Source: a virus (lineage: Duplodnaviria; Caudoviricetes). From it: a stretch of 58,648 bases of DNA. The notes under the pieces are model-generated. The model was not told where the DNA came from. It saw only the letters and a program-made list of their open reading frames with translations, and searched no databases. Below, piece after piece: positions 1-9,248 of this stretch. Made by a program: the position numbers and the translations under genes. Location: positions 1-58,648 of the IMG/VR virus record IMGVR_UViG_3300020287_000001; one strand, 5' to 3'. Position 1 is the stretch's first letter; the number at the start of each line of letters is the position of its first letter.

Positions 1-77
1 AGTACACTTACAAAGATATAGAATATACCTACAGTCCAGAAAATCCTGTTATTCTTGGCATAGACGATAAAACTGGA
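1..77. repeat. Terminal overlap identical to 58572-58648 (circular assembly overlap)
   Basis: First 77 nt are identical to the last 77 nt; an ORF reads through the junction. Confidence 0.97.
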
Positions 78-344
78 GAAATGAAAATTGGAGATCCTTT
101 AAAAACTGTTTTAGGTATGACACAAAAAGAGGCTGAAGAATGTCATGCAACAGGTTTGTTAAATGAGCTTAGAGCAAAACGTAATGAACTACTTAAAGAA
201 ACAGATTGGGTTGCAGGTACTGATGTGCCACAAAGTTTAAAAGATGTTTGGTTAACATACAGACAAGAGTTAAGGGATATAACTAAAACCTTTAAATCAT
301 TAAACGATAAAGATTTTAAGTTTCCAGATAAGCCGAAGGATTAA
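1..344 (+). CDS. Phage tail fibre assembly chaperone (true start ATG 58565, spans the circular junction, 116 aa)
   Basis: LRAKRNELLKETDW...W.TYRQELRDIT motif; in frame with ATG 58565 preceded by AAGGA; paralog of 57061-57390. Confidence 0.8.
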   Translation, partial: YTYKDIEYTYSPENPVILGIDDKTGEMKIGDPLKTVLGMTQKEAEECHATGLLNELRAKRNELLKETDWVAGTDVPQSLKDVWLTYRQELRDITKTFKSLNDKDFKFPDKPKD

Positions 345-346
345 TA

Positions 347-1474
347 ATGACCAAAGCAGCAGAATTAGCAAAGATGGGTGAAGTCCTAACCAATAACCAG
401 ATTGGGGGTCGCAGAAATATTGTGTATAATGGAGCAATGAATGTTGCAGAGAGAGGCACAAGTGAAACTGGAGTTGGTGCTGCTGATGGATTTTTTACTT
501 GTGACAGATGGGGTGTTTATCAAGGAGGAACAGCAGGTAGATTAACCATGACACAAGATAGTTCAGGACCAAGTGGATTCGCTAATAGCCTTAAACTTGA
601 TTGCACTACAGCAGATACATCTATAGCAGCAGGAGAATATTTTGCGATATACCAAAGATTTGAAGGACAAGATGTACAACAAATTAAAAAAGGCACTAGT
701 GATGCCGAAAATATTACTGTTTCTTTTTATGTCAAAGGCAATGCAAGTGCCACATATGCTGTAGAGTTGTTTGACAATGATAATACAAGACAAGCATCAC
801 AATTATTCAGTGTAACAACAGATTGGACACGAGTAGTAAAGACTTTTACAGCAGATACAACTGGTGCGTTTGATGACGATAATGCACAAAGTCTACAACT
901 TAATTTTTGGATTCACGCAGGTTCAAATCTTACAAGTGGAACATTAAATCAAACTTTTAATTCTAACACTAATGCAAATAGAGCAGTGGGTATATCGTCT
1001 TTCTTTGATAGCACAGACAGAACATTCTTTCTTACTGGAGTCCAACTAGAAGTAGGCTCACAAGCCACACCATTTGAGCATAGGTCATTTGGGGAAGAGC
1101 TAAAATTGTGCGAAAGGTACTTTCAAAAACATTTAGGTACAGCAGATAGTAATATTTATACAACTTATGCAGCACATAGATGGTCAAATAACATTGCATT
1201 TATGAGTTTTCCATTAAGAGGAATAATGAGAGCAGAGCCATCATTAGCATTTAAAGATAAAAATGGCACTGCTTTAGCCAACTCTAGTGGTGTAGGTCTT
1301 GTGTCAGGAGATGGTAATCACGATAATTTCACAGCAGGAAATGTGGCTTTTACATCAGGGCATGATGGAGTAGCAGTGTTTACTATAAATTTGGATTACA
1401 ATCCAGATAATAATCATGCTCATAATGCTTATATTGATAACCTTACACGAATGGATTTTGATGCAGAATTATAG
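347..1474 (+). CDS. Tail fibre / receptor-binding protein with carbohydrate-binding-like domain
   Basis: RNIVYNGAM.VA.RG...DRW...GVQLEVGS.ATPFEHR...EL.LC.RY pattern of marine phage fibres. Confidence 0.75.
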   Translation: MTKAAELAKMGEVLTNNQIGGRRNIVYNGAMNVAERGTSETGVGAADGFFTCDRWGVYQGGTAGRLTMTQDSSGPSGFANSLKLDCTTADTSIAAGEYFAIYQRFEGQDVQQIKKGTSDAENITVSFYVKGNASATYAVELFDNDNTRQASQLFSVTTDWTRVVKTFTADTTGAFDDDNAQSLQLNFWIHAGSNLTSGTLNQTFNSNTNANRAVGISSFFDSTDRTFFLTGVQLEVGSQATPFEHRSFGEELKLCERYFQKHLGTADSNIYTTYAAHRWSNNIAFMSFPLRGIMRAEPSLAFKDKNGTALANSSGVGLVSGDGNHDNFTAGNVAFTSGHDGVAVFTINLDYNPDNNHAHNAYIDNLTRMDFDAEL

Positions 1475-1482
1475 GAAATACT

Positions 1483-1671
1483 ATGGATAACAATATGAAA
1501 ATTACATCAGCAAAGTATACTGTAGGTTTTAATGGTATTGGTACTGCAAGTATTAAGGCAACAATAGATGGTGTTCCTATGTCTGTACCAAAAGACCCTA
1601 ACAACAGACACTATGCAGAAATACTAAAACAAGTTAAAGAGGGTACGCTAACAATAGAGGATGCCGACTAA
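1483..1671 (+). CDS. Small tail-associated hypothetical protein
   Basis: RBS AGGA; VP.DP.NRHY motif often seen after phage fibre genes. Confidence 0.7.
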   Translation: MDNNMKITSAKYTVGFNGIGTASIKATIDGVPMSVPKDPNNRHYAEILKQVKEGTLTIEDAD

Positions 1672-2153
1672 TGTTGGGTCACGCTGCCATAGCAGAAACT
1701 GCTCTTGCTGATGTAGGTGGCGTATTACAAGTAGCCGTAGCAGAGATGAGTGGTATCTCATCTGCAAGTTCTGTAGGTGTAGGAGAGCTTGTTGGCGTTG
1801 CGTCTATGAGTGCCGCCTTCAGTCAAGACACTGAAGTTAGTACAAAAGTAAGTGGTGTTATAGATCTTAGTTCTGTTTTTCTTATTACAGCAGAGAATAT
1901 AAAAGTTGTTAACTTTACCGATGCGACTTTAAGCACAGCGTTTACACAAACTGCGGATGGTATTAAGATAGCATCAGGTGTTGTAACAAAAGATTTGAAT
2001 TTTACAAAAACAACATCTGGAGATATACTGTATGTAGCAGTAACAACAGATGCAACAACAGAGACGTACACAGAAATTACGCCAAGTGGTACAGAAACTT
2101 GGACAGAAATAACACCGAGTGGTACAGAAACTTGGACAGAAATAATACAGTGA
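1671..2153 (+). CDS. Virion structural protein (hypothetical) with C-terminal TEITPSGTETW repeats
   Basis: Coupled ORF in tail cluster; Ser/Thr/Ala rich. Confidence 0.7.
   Translation: MLGHAAIAETALADVGGVLQVAVAEMSGISSASSVGVGELVGVASMSAAFSQDTEVSTKVSGVIDLSSVFLITAENIKVVNFTDATLSTAFTQTADGIKIASGVVTKDLNFTKTTSGDILYVAVTTDATTETYTEITPSGTETWTEITPSGTETWTEIIQ
2070..2144 (+). repeat. 33-bp coding tandem repeat (about 2.3 units)
   Basis: acagaaatWacRccRagtggtacagaaacttgg at 2070 and 2103, partial at 2136. Confidence 0.9.
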
Positions 2154-2161
2154 GGTAAAAA

Positions 2162-2788
2162 ATGGCAAGTACATACACATCAAATACTGGCATAGAAAAA
2201 ATAGGTGCTGGTGAACAAGCAGGTACTTGGGGTAATACCACCAATAACAATCTTGATATAGTAGATAGAACACTGAATGGTGTTATAACCTTAACAATCA
2301 CTGGCAACAAAACATTAACGACAAGCGATGGCACTTTATCAGAAGGACACTATAAAGTTTTAGTTTTATCTGGTTCTCCCTCTGGTGCATTTGATTTAAC
2401 CATAGATCCTAACGATCAACAAAAGTGGTTTTTTATAAAAAACTCAACTAATCAAACTGCCACAGTAAAACAAGGCGGTGGATCAGGAACCACGGTAGCT
2501 TTAGCCACAAACACTTCTGGTATAATCTTTGCTGACGGCACTGGTGCAAATGCAAATGTAGCAGCAGTTCCAACAGATTTAGTAGGAGACACAAGTCCAC
2601 AACTTGGAGGGGACTTGGACACGAATGGCAACGCAATCTTATTTGGTTCTAGTAAATGGGCAATATCATTAGATACTGGTGATAATGAATTACTATTTAA
2701 ATATAATGGCACAACAGTATTTAAGTTAGGGTCTAATGGTGCAGTAACATCAGCAAATAATATAACAGCGTTTGGAACAAGTTTATAA
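2162..2788 (+). CDS. Tail protein (hypothetical)
   Basis: MASTY...GEQAGTWG.TTN.NL N-terminus typical of marine podovirus tail proteins; RBS GAGG. Confidence 0.7.
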   Translation: MASTYTSNTGIEKIGAGEQAGTWGNTTNNNLDIVDRTLNGVITLTITGNKTLTTSDGTLSEGHYKVLVLSGSPSGAFDLTIDPNDQQKWFFIKNSTNQTATVKQGGGSGTTVALATNTSGIIFADGTGANANVAAVPTDLVGDTSPQLGGDLDTNGNAILFGSSKWAISLDTGDNELLFKYNGTTVFKLGSNGAVTSANNITAFGTSL

Positions 2789-4203
2789 TGGCAGCATTAC
2801 AAGCATCTGGAGCCATATCACTTCAAGATATTGAAGAACAATATAATCCCGGAACAAACTTACCAAGTCGAGGATTAAGTGAGTTCTATCTTGGTGGTTC
2901 ATTGGTTCGTGCTAATGCTGGTAATAACTCATCTACAAACATGTCGGCTGGTGTACCTACTTCTGGAACAATTTCATTTAATGATTTTTATAGTAAAGAA
3001 AGAGCTTTTAAAAAGACATTTAGTGATGGCGATACAAACCAAAGTGCAGACACTATTTTTGGTGATGATTTTGAAGTAGATTATCCAAAACAACTTGTAG
3101 TAGGTTCAGGAGATACTGTTGGGTCAACTAGTACATCTAATGCTGCTTTAACAATAGAAAGCAATGGCGTTGGTTCTATAACTGTTACAAACGAGGGTAG
3201 TATCGAGGGTGCTGGTGGTGCGGCAGGAGCAGCAGGTGGTAACGCTCTTGAAGTTGCTGGAAGTGTTGCAGTCACGCTAGTAAATAATGGTACAATTAAA
3301 GCTGGTGGAGGCGGTGGTGGTGCTGGAGGAACTGGTGGTAAAGGTGTTTACACTGCCAATGCTACATTTTCAAGTTTAGTAGATCAAGGTGGTGGTGGAA
3401 CATCTACACCTCAAAACAATTCTCCTAGTTGGTTCACTACTTATGGTTCTTCTGGAAATAATTTAGACGGTCAAGGTGTTGTTGCAGATAGACAATGGGG
3501 TGGTATAGGAGCACAATTTAATCGTGGTATTAATCCAGCACAGTTTGATATAAATTCTTTAGGTGGAGCAGGAACAGGTTTGAGTGGAGCGTGTGCAAAC
3601 AGAGGTCCAATATATTTTTCTGCACAAACAAACACAACTGGCGTATACACTGTTTCAGCTTCGATTAGTTCTTTATATGGAAGTGGATACGGAACACCAC
3701 AAATTTCTGTAAGCACAAGCACATCAAGTTCTGGCACTATTGTATCTAATAGTGGCACAGCAGGTATCACTGCATCAACAACCACATATTTTACTGTTTT
3801 TGGTACAACTGCACACCAAGGAACCACCGCTCCAAACTTTTATTATAACACTTTAAGTGGTTCTGTTTCTGGTACTTGTTTAGCCACACAAGCTGGTGGT
3901 TCTGGAGGAGCAGGTGGTGTAGGACAAGGTTATAATCAATCTGCTGCATCTGGATCTAGTGGTGGTTCTGGGTCTAACAATTCGGGTGCTGGTGGAGCAG
4001 GAGGTGCTGGTGGAGCATTTGGTGCATCGGGATCAACTGGATCAACAGGCAGTAATGGTAGTGGATCATCAGTAAGTTTTCCAGCTACTGCACCAACAAA
4101 TGGATCAAGTGGTAGTGCTGGTGGAGCATCTGGTAAATCAATACAAGGTGTTAGTAATGTAACATCAAGTGGTAGTGGATCTTTGACTGGAGGTACAGCG
4201 TAA
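2788..4203 (+). CDS. Glycine-rich tail fibre protein
   Basis: L.ASGAISL.DI...GTISF.DFY N-terminus; long Gly/Ser/Ala-rich tracts. Confidence 0.7.
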   Translation: MAALQASGAISLQDIEEQYNPGTNLPSRGLSEFYLGGSLVRANAGNNSSTNMSAGVPTSGTISFNDFYSKERAFKKTFSDGDTNQSADTIFGDDFEVDYPKQLVVGSGDTVGSTSTSNAALTIESNGVGSITVTNEGSIEGAGGAAGAAGGNALEVAGSVAVTLVNNGTIKAGGGGGGAGGTGGKGVYTANATFSSLVDQGGGGTSTPQNNSPSWFTTYGSSGNNLDGQGVVADRQWGGIGAQFNRGINPAQFDINSLGGAGTGLSGACANRGPIYFSAQTNTTGVYTVSASISSLYGSGYGTPQISVSTSTSSSGTIVSNSGTAGITASTTTYFTVFGTTAHQGTTAPNFYYNTLSGSVSGTCLATQAGGSGGAGGVGQGYNQSAASGSSGGSGSNNSGAGGAGGAGGAFGASGSTGSTGSNGSGSSVSFPATAPTNGSSGSAGGASGKSIQGVSNVTSSGSGSLTGGTA

Positions 4204-6353
4204 TGCCTATGACAGCGTTAAAATTTAGGCCCGGTATAATATCTGACATCACATCTTACAGTAACGAAGGTGGCTTTGTTGATGGAGACAAAGTAAGATT
4301 TCGTTTTGGCTTTCCAGAAAAGTTTGGTGGTTGGGAGAAATATAGTACTAATCAGTATTTAGGCAGTGCTAGAAGACTACACAACTGGGTGGCTCTTGAT
4401 GGGTCGGACTTTATGGGTATCGGCACACACCTTAAATACTACATAGAAGAAGGTCAGACATTTAATGATATTACACCAATTAGAAATACTACAGGTGCAG
4501 GTGATATAACTTTTGCAGCCACAAACGGCTCTACAACAATAACTGTTACCGATCCAGCACACGGTGCTAATGAAAAGGACTTTGTAACATTCTCTGGTGC
4601 AGCAACTTTAGGTGGTACAATAACTGCCACAATACTTAATGCAGAGTTTCAAATTGCATCTATTATAAGTTCTAATGCTTACACAATCACATCTAGTGTT
4701 GCAGCTAATTCATCTGATACTGGTAACGGTGGATCTAGTGTTGTAGGTGCGTATCAACTAAATGTTGGTTTAGATGTAACAGTCGGTGGAACTGGTTGGG
4801 GTGCTGGTCAATGGAGTGGTACAACATCTGGTGCTTTGGCAACACAATTAGCAGAAGCATTAGACGCAAGTGAAACTGCAATAGATGTGGACAGTGCAAC
4901 AGGGATCACGGCCGGTGATTTGATATTAATAGAAGAAGAGCTAATTACAGTCGGTACAATAAGTTCTAATACTTTAGGAACTGGTGGAGGTCCATCAACC
5001 AGAGGTGCAAGTGGCACAGATGCAGCCACACACGCAGACAACACTCTTGTTAGATTAGCAACTGGCAACGCAGATTCTGCCAATGACTTTGTTGGGTGGG
5101 GTAATGCAGCAAGTGTCACGACCCCCGGAGCACAGATTAGATTGTGGTCCCATGATAATTTTGGTGAAGATATAATTATAAACCCAAGAGACGGTGGTTT
5201 GTTTTACTGGGATAAAACAAATGGTTTAGGCAACAGAGCAGTAGAACTCAGCGCAACAAGCACATATTCTGGAGAAACAAGTGTTCCAACGGTAGCTAAA
5301 CAAGTTCTTGTATCAGACCAAGACCGGCATGTTATCGTGTTTGGTTGTGATGGATTAGGTGCGACGTCTTCTGCTACAATAGGAAATGGAATACAAGATC
5401 CATTGTTGATACGTTTTTCATCACAAGAAAACCCAGTAGATTTCTTTCCGACTGCTACAAATACAGCAGGTGATTTAAGGTTAGGTGGTGGATCTACCTT
5501 CGTACAAGCTGTTGAAACAAAACAACAGATACTCGTCTTCACTAATAAAACACTACACGCTATGAAGTTTATAGGTCCACCATTTACGTTTGGTTTGCAA
5601 GAACTATCGAAGAACATAACTATTATGAGTCCTTTTTCTGCTGTTGCTGTTGAGGATGCTGTGTACTGGATGGGTGTAGATACTTTCTATGTCTACTCTG
5701 GGGGCCAGACAATACAACTGCCCTGCACTGTAAAAGATAAAGTGTTTTTAGACTTTAATTTTGCAGAGCGTGATAAAGTACATGTAGGGGTTAATTCAGA
5801 GTTTAGTGAGCTCTTATGGTTTTATCCATCATCGGCGGGCACACAAATAGATAAATACGTTGCATACAATTATTTAGAAAAAGTTTGGTATTACGGGACA
5901 TTAGCAAGAGACGCGTGGATTGACAGAGGTATAAGAAACTTGCCTCAAGCAACAGGCAATCAATATCTATATAATCACGAAGTTGGATTTGATGATGATG
6001 GCTCTGCTATGACGTCCTTTATTGAGTCCTCCTCTATCGATATAGGAGATGGTGACAAGTTTGTGTTTTTAAAACAAGTAATACCTGACATTACATTTAA
6101 CGGATCTACCAGTGTCAACCCCGATGTAGCGTTTACTATGAAGTCAAGAAACAATCCGGGTGCGAACTTTAATGAAACTACACAGGGCACGGCTCAAAGG
6201 TCAGCTACGAGCCCTGTTGAACAGTTTACAGAAAAATTAAATTATCGTTTACGAGGCAGATCTTTTGCATTAAGAATTGATTCCACATCGCTGGGAACAA
6301 AGTATAAGTTAGGCACTCCCCGTGTGGATATTAGAGAGGATGGTAGACGCTAA
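4203..6353 (+). CDS. Tail nozzle / DNA stabilization protein (P22 gp10-like role)
   Basis: 716 aa, beta-rich; L.IRFS.QE motif; position directly before the ejection proteins. Confidence 0.6.
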   Translation: MPMTALKFRPGIISDITSYSNEGGFVDGDKVRFRFGFPEKFGGWEKYSTNQYLGSARRLHNWVALDGSDFMGIGTHLKYYIEEGQTFNDITPIRNTTGAGDITFAATNGSTTITVTDPAHGANEKDFVTFSGAATLGGTITATILNAEFQIASIISSNAYTITSSVAANSSDTGNGGSSVVGAYQLNVGLDVTVGGTGWGAGQWSGTTSGALATQLAEALDASETAIDVDSATGITAGDLILIEEELITVGTISSNTLGTGGGPSTRGASGTDAATHADNTLVRLATGNADSANDFVGWGNAASVTTPGAQIRLWSHDNFGEDIIINPRDGGLFYWDKTNGLGNRAVELSATSTYSGETSVPTVAKQVLVSDQDRHVIVFGCDGLGATSSATIGNGIQDPLLIRFSSQENPVDFFPTATNTAGDLRLGGGSTFVQAVETKQQILVFTNKTLHAMKFIGPPFTFGLQELSKNITIMSPFSAVAVEDAVYWMGVDTFYVYSGGQTIQLPCTVKDKVFLDFNFAERDKVHVGVNSEFSELLWFYPSSAGTQIDKYVAYNYLEKVWYYGTLARDAWIDRGIRNLPQATGNQYLYNHEVGFDDDGSAMTSFIESSSIDIGDGDKFVFLKQVIPDITFNGSTSVNPDVAFTMKSRNNPGANFNETTQGTAQRSATSPVEQFTEKLNYRLRGRSFALRIDSTSLGTKYKLGTPRVDIREDGRR

Positions 6354-6742
6354 TGTTAATCACTAGTATTCCTCAGTATATTCAAGGTGTTACAAACGCA
6401 AAGTTAGATCTAACTACCACTGATTTAACCACGCTATTTACAGTTCCCAGTGATGCCGACTTTAACGCAGCCGTTGTAAACTCTATATTAGTGTCTGAAG
6501 ATAGTGGCAACGCTGATACAATTACAGTGCAACTTGTAAATGGAAGTGATACATTTAGTTTATTCAAAGTTAAAGCCGTAGGAGCTAATACAACCGTAGA
6601 ATTACTTTCAAAAGATTTGATATTACAAAGTGGAGAGATATTAAAAGTACAAGCTGCAACAGCTAATAGATTGCATGTTGTGGCCAGTATACAGGAGCTG
6701 TCTAAAACTAGGGTTACAACAAGTGCTTTATCAAGGATATAG
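6353..6742 (+). CDS. Hypothetical virion protein (distant paralog of 54744-55100)
   Basis: TL(F/Y)TV...VV..I...L..G.ILK shared pattern. Confidence 0.65.
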   Translation: MLITSIPQYIQGVTNAKLDLTTTDLTTLFTVPSDADFNAAVVNSILVSEDSGNADTITVQLVNGSDTFSLFKVKAVGANTTVELLSKDLILQSGEILKVQAATANRLHVVASIQELSKTRVTTSALSRI

Positions 6743-6780
6743 TATTGAACAAATAAATAAAATAGGGTAGACTTTGGAAC

Positions 6781-8340
6781 ATGGACCAAGCACTTAAACA
6801 AGAAGACATACCATCAGGTGGTATAGCTGACTTCATTTACAGTGATGAAGAGATCAAGCTTCTTGAAGAAAAGGAGCTGCAAGATCTTTATGGCCAGAAC
6901 GGCATAGCTCAATTTAAAGCCATCGGTAAAGAGATGGCTAACTTTGGTCGTTATGGCGATGATACCGTAGCTCATGTGGAGACAGGCGAGCTTATCGTCC
7001 CACGAGCCTTGATAGACAACAATCCAAAATTAAAAGAAAGCATATTTGGTCATTTGCGTGAGCTTGGCGTAGAAGATCCAGAAAGATATGTGGTTGGTAC
7101 AAGCAAGAATAGTTTGAACCCAGACACAGGATTACCAGAGTTTTTTCTAAAAAAGTTATTTAAAGGAGCTAAAAAGGCTGTTAGCTCTGTTGCAAAAGGT
7201 GTTGGCAAAGCATTAAAAGGTGTAGGTAAGGCGCTCAAGAGAGTAGCTCCTGTCATAGTGCCTTTGGCTCTTAACTACTTTTTACCGGGCCTTGGAGCAG
7301 TATACTCAGGTGCACTGGGTGCTGGCATTACAACACTACTGCAAGGCGGTGATGTAAAAGATGCATTAAAGTCAGCTTTTGTCGGTGGCGCTACTGGTGC
7401 AGTAACAGCTGGTTTTTCAGGTAAAGGTGGTTTTGGACAAAACATAGCAACTGATGTAGGCACCGGTACAAGAAATATAGGACAAGCTTTGACACAAGGC
7501 AGCTTTAAGCCGCTCACAAGCACAAGCCTGCCGAGTTTACAAGATGTAACTAAGCAAGATACAAAACTAATAGATACTGATGTTAAAGTTGATAAATTAC
7601 CAGCCTTATCAGAAAAGACTACTTTGGATATTTCACAAGGAAGTAGTTTAGGGCAAAGAGATAAATTAGCTCCACAAACATTTTATGAAAGAGCAAAAGA
7701 ATTTGGTACAAAAACAAGTGATGTTCTTTTTGGAGGCGAAAAAGTAACACCTTTAGAGGTTCTTAAAAAAGAAAACCCAAATTTAACCTTTGAACAACTT
7801 AAAGGTATAGATAAGAACAGCGCTGTATATTTAGATGCTGTAGACAAAGCAGCTGCACAAAGTCCGGGCTTTATTAGAAGATTTGGTCCATCAGCTGCTC
7901 TAGGCATAGCAGGATTGTCAGCAGCCGGAGCTTTTGATACACCAGAAGATACACCTTTACCGCCACTTGAAACAGGGTTTGATTTATATAGAAAAGATCC
8001 TGACAGGTTTAACGTAGCTGATATTAATGTCAGAGGAGCTTTACCTCCTGTAAACACACAGACTAGTTATGGATTTCAATACAACCCATACGCTTTACCT
8101 ACACAACCTTTTCAAACAGTAGCTGAAGGTGGTGAGATATTTCCAAGACGTAATGGTGGTATAAGTCCAAGAGAGGGCACACCGGGTAAAGATAGTGTAC
8201 GAGCTATGTTGATGCCGGGTGAATTTGTTATGACAACAGACGCTGTGCGTGGTTTAGGTGGCGGAAACTTAGACAAAGGCATCAAAAACATGTATAGTGT
8301 GATGAGTAAATTAGAAAAGCGTGGAAAGGCGATGGCATAA
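6781..8340 (+). CDS. Internal virion / DNA ejection protein
   Basis: GRYGDD.VAHV..GE...NPDTGLPEFF and D.V.AML.PGEFVMT.DAV motifs; Gly/Ala hydrophobic segments. Confidence 0.7.
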   Translation: MDQALKQEDIPSGGIADFIYSDEEIKLLEEKELQDLYGQNGIAQFKAIGKEMANFGRYGDDTVAHVETGELIVPRALIDNNPKLKESIFGHLRELGVEDPERYVVGTSKNSLNPDTGLPEFFLKKLFKGAKKAVSSVAKGVGKALKGVGKALKRVAPVIVPLALNYFLPGLGAVYSGALGAGITTLLQGGDVKDALKSAFVGGATGAVTAGFSGKGGFGQNIATDVGTGTRNIGQALTQGSFKPLTSTSLPSLQDVTKQDTKLIDTDVKVDKLPALSEKTTLDISQGSSLGQRDKLAPQTFYERAKEFGTKTSDVLFGGEKVTPLEVLKKENPNLTFEQLKGIDKNSAVYLDAVDKAAAQSPGFIRRFGPSAALGIAGLSAAGAFDTPEDTPLPPLETGFDLYRKDPDRFNVADINVRGALPPVNTQTSYGFQYNPYALPTQPFQTVAEGGEIFPRRNGGISPREGTPGKDSVRAMLMPGEFVMTTDAVRGLGGGNLDKGIKNMYSVMSKLEKRGKAMA

Positions 8341-9248
8341 TGGCACAAGAAGAAGTTATCCAAACCGTTAGAGAAACGCCTGAAATAGAAGCGTATCGAA
8401 TAGGACTACTAGAGTCTGCAAAGAAACTAGCAGATCAGGGCATTACCTTACCAACGCAACAGGTAGCGGGCCTCACGGGTCTTCAAGAAGCAGCTAGACG
8501 TCAGGCAGAAGCCGGTGTTGGCGCATTTATGCCATATGTTGAAGCAGCTGGACAAACACTAGGCGGGGCAGGGCAAACACTAGGCGGTGTTGAATCAGCG
8601 CTTAGAGCTGGTGCTGGACCTATAACAAGTGACATGATCCAAAGCTACATGAACCCTTATCAACAGGCAGTGGCTGATGAGATTAACAGAGCGTATGACA
8701 GGCAGTTAAGATCAAGTGCAGCTGGAGCTGTAGGGGCAGGAGCTTTTGGTGGCTCAAGAGGCGAGATAGCAGCATCAGAAATAGACCGGAACAGAGCAGC
8801 TGCGTTAGCACAGGCGCAGGCACAGAACTTCATGCAGGCACAACAAGCCGCAGAGAGAGATTTAGCTAGACAGACACAATTAGGACAAGGCATCGCGGCC
8901 CTTGCAGGACAGAAAGGTCAACTTGGTTTAAGACAAGCAGCTCTTGGAGAGACTGTACAGGGTCTTGGTCAAAGAGATGTAGAAGGTGCATTTAGAATAG
9001 GACAGTTGTTGCAAGCACAGGATCAGGCTACATTAGATGCACAAAGACAAAGCGATCTAGCACAAATGTATGAGCCTTATCAAAGACTTGGCTTTTTGTC
9101 AGACATATACAGTAAAACACCAACAACGCAACAGACTATAACACAGTCCACTTCACCTAATGTATCACCGTTTCAGCAATATTTAGGCCTCGGTATTGCA
9201 GGATTATCAGCGGCAGCAGGGGCGCAGAAAGCAGGGTTATTCGGATGA
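8340..9248 (+). CDS. Internal virion / DNA ejection protein (Gln/Ala/Gly-rich)
   Basis: YMNPY.Q.V...GAFGGSR motif; hydrophobic C-terminus. Confidence 0.7.
   Translation: MAQEEVIQTVRETPEIEAYRIGLLESAKKLADQGITLPTQQVAGLTGLQEAARRQAEAGVGAFMPYVEAAGQTLGGAGQTLGGVESALRAGAGPITSDMIQSYMNPYQQAVADEINRAYDRQLRSSAAGAVGAGAFGGSRGEIAASEIDRNRAAALAQAQAQNFMQAQQAAERDLARQTQLGQGIAALAGQKGQLGLRQAALGETVQGLGQRDVEGAFRIGQLLQAQDQATLDAQRQSDLAQMYEPYQRLGFLSDIYSKTPTTQQTITQSTSPNVSPFQQYLGLGIAGLSAAAGAQKAGLFG

Noticed and set aside
1-77. 77-bp terminal repeat as a biological direct terminal repeat
   Set aside because: Length equals a common assembler k-mer and it falls inside a gene; it indicates a circular assembly, not real termini
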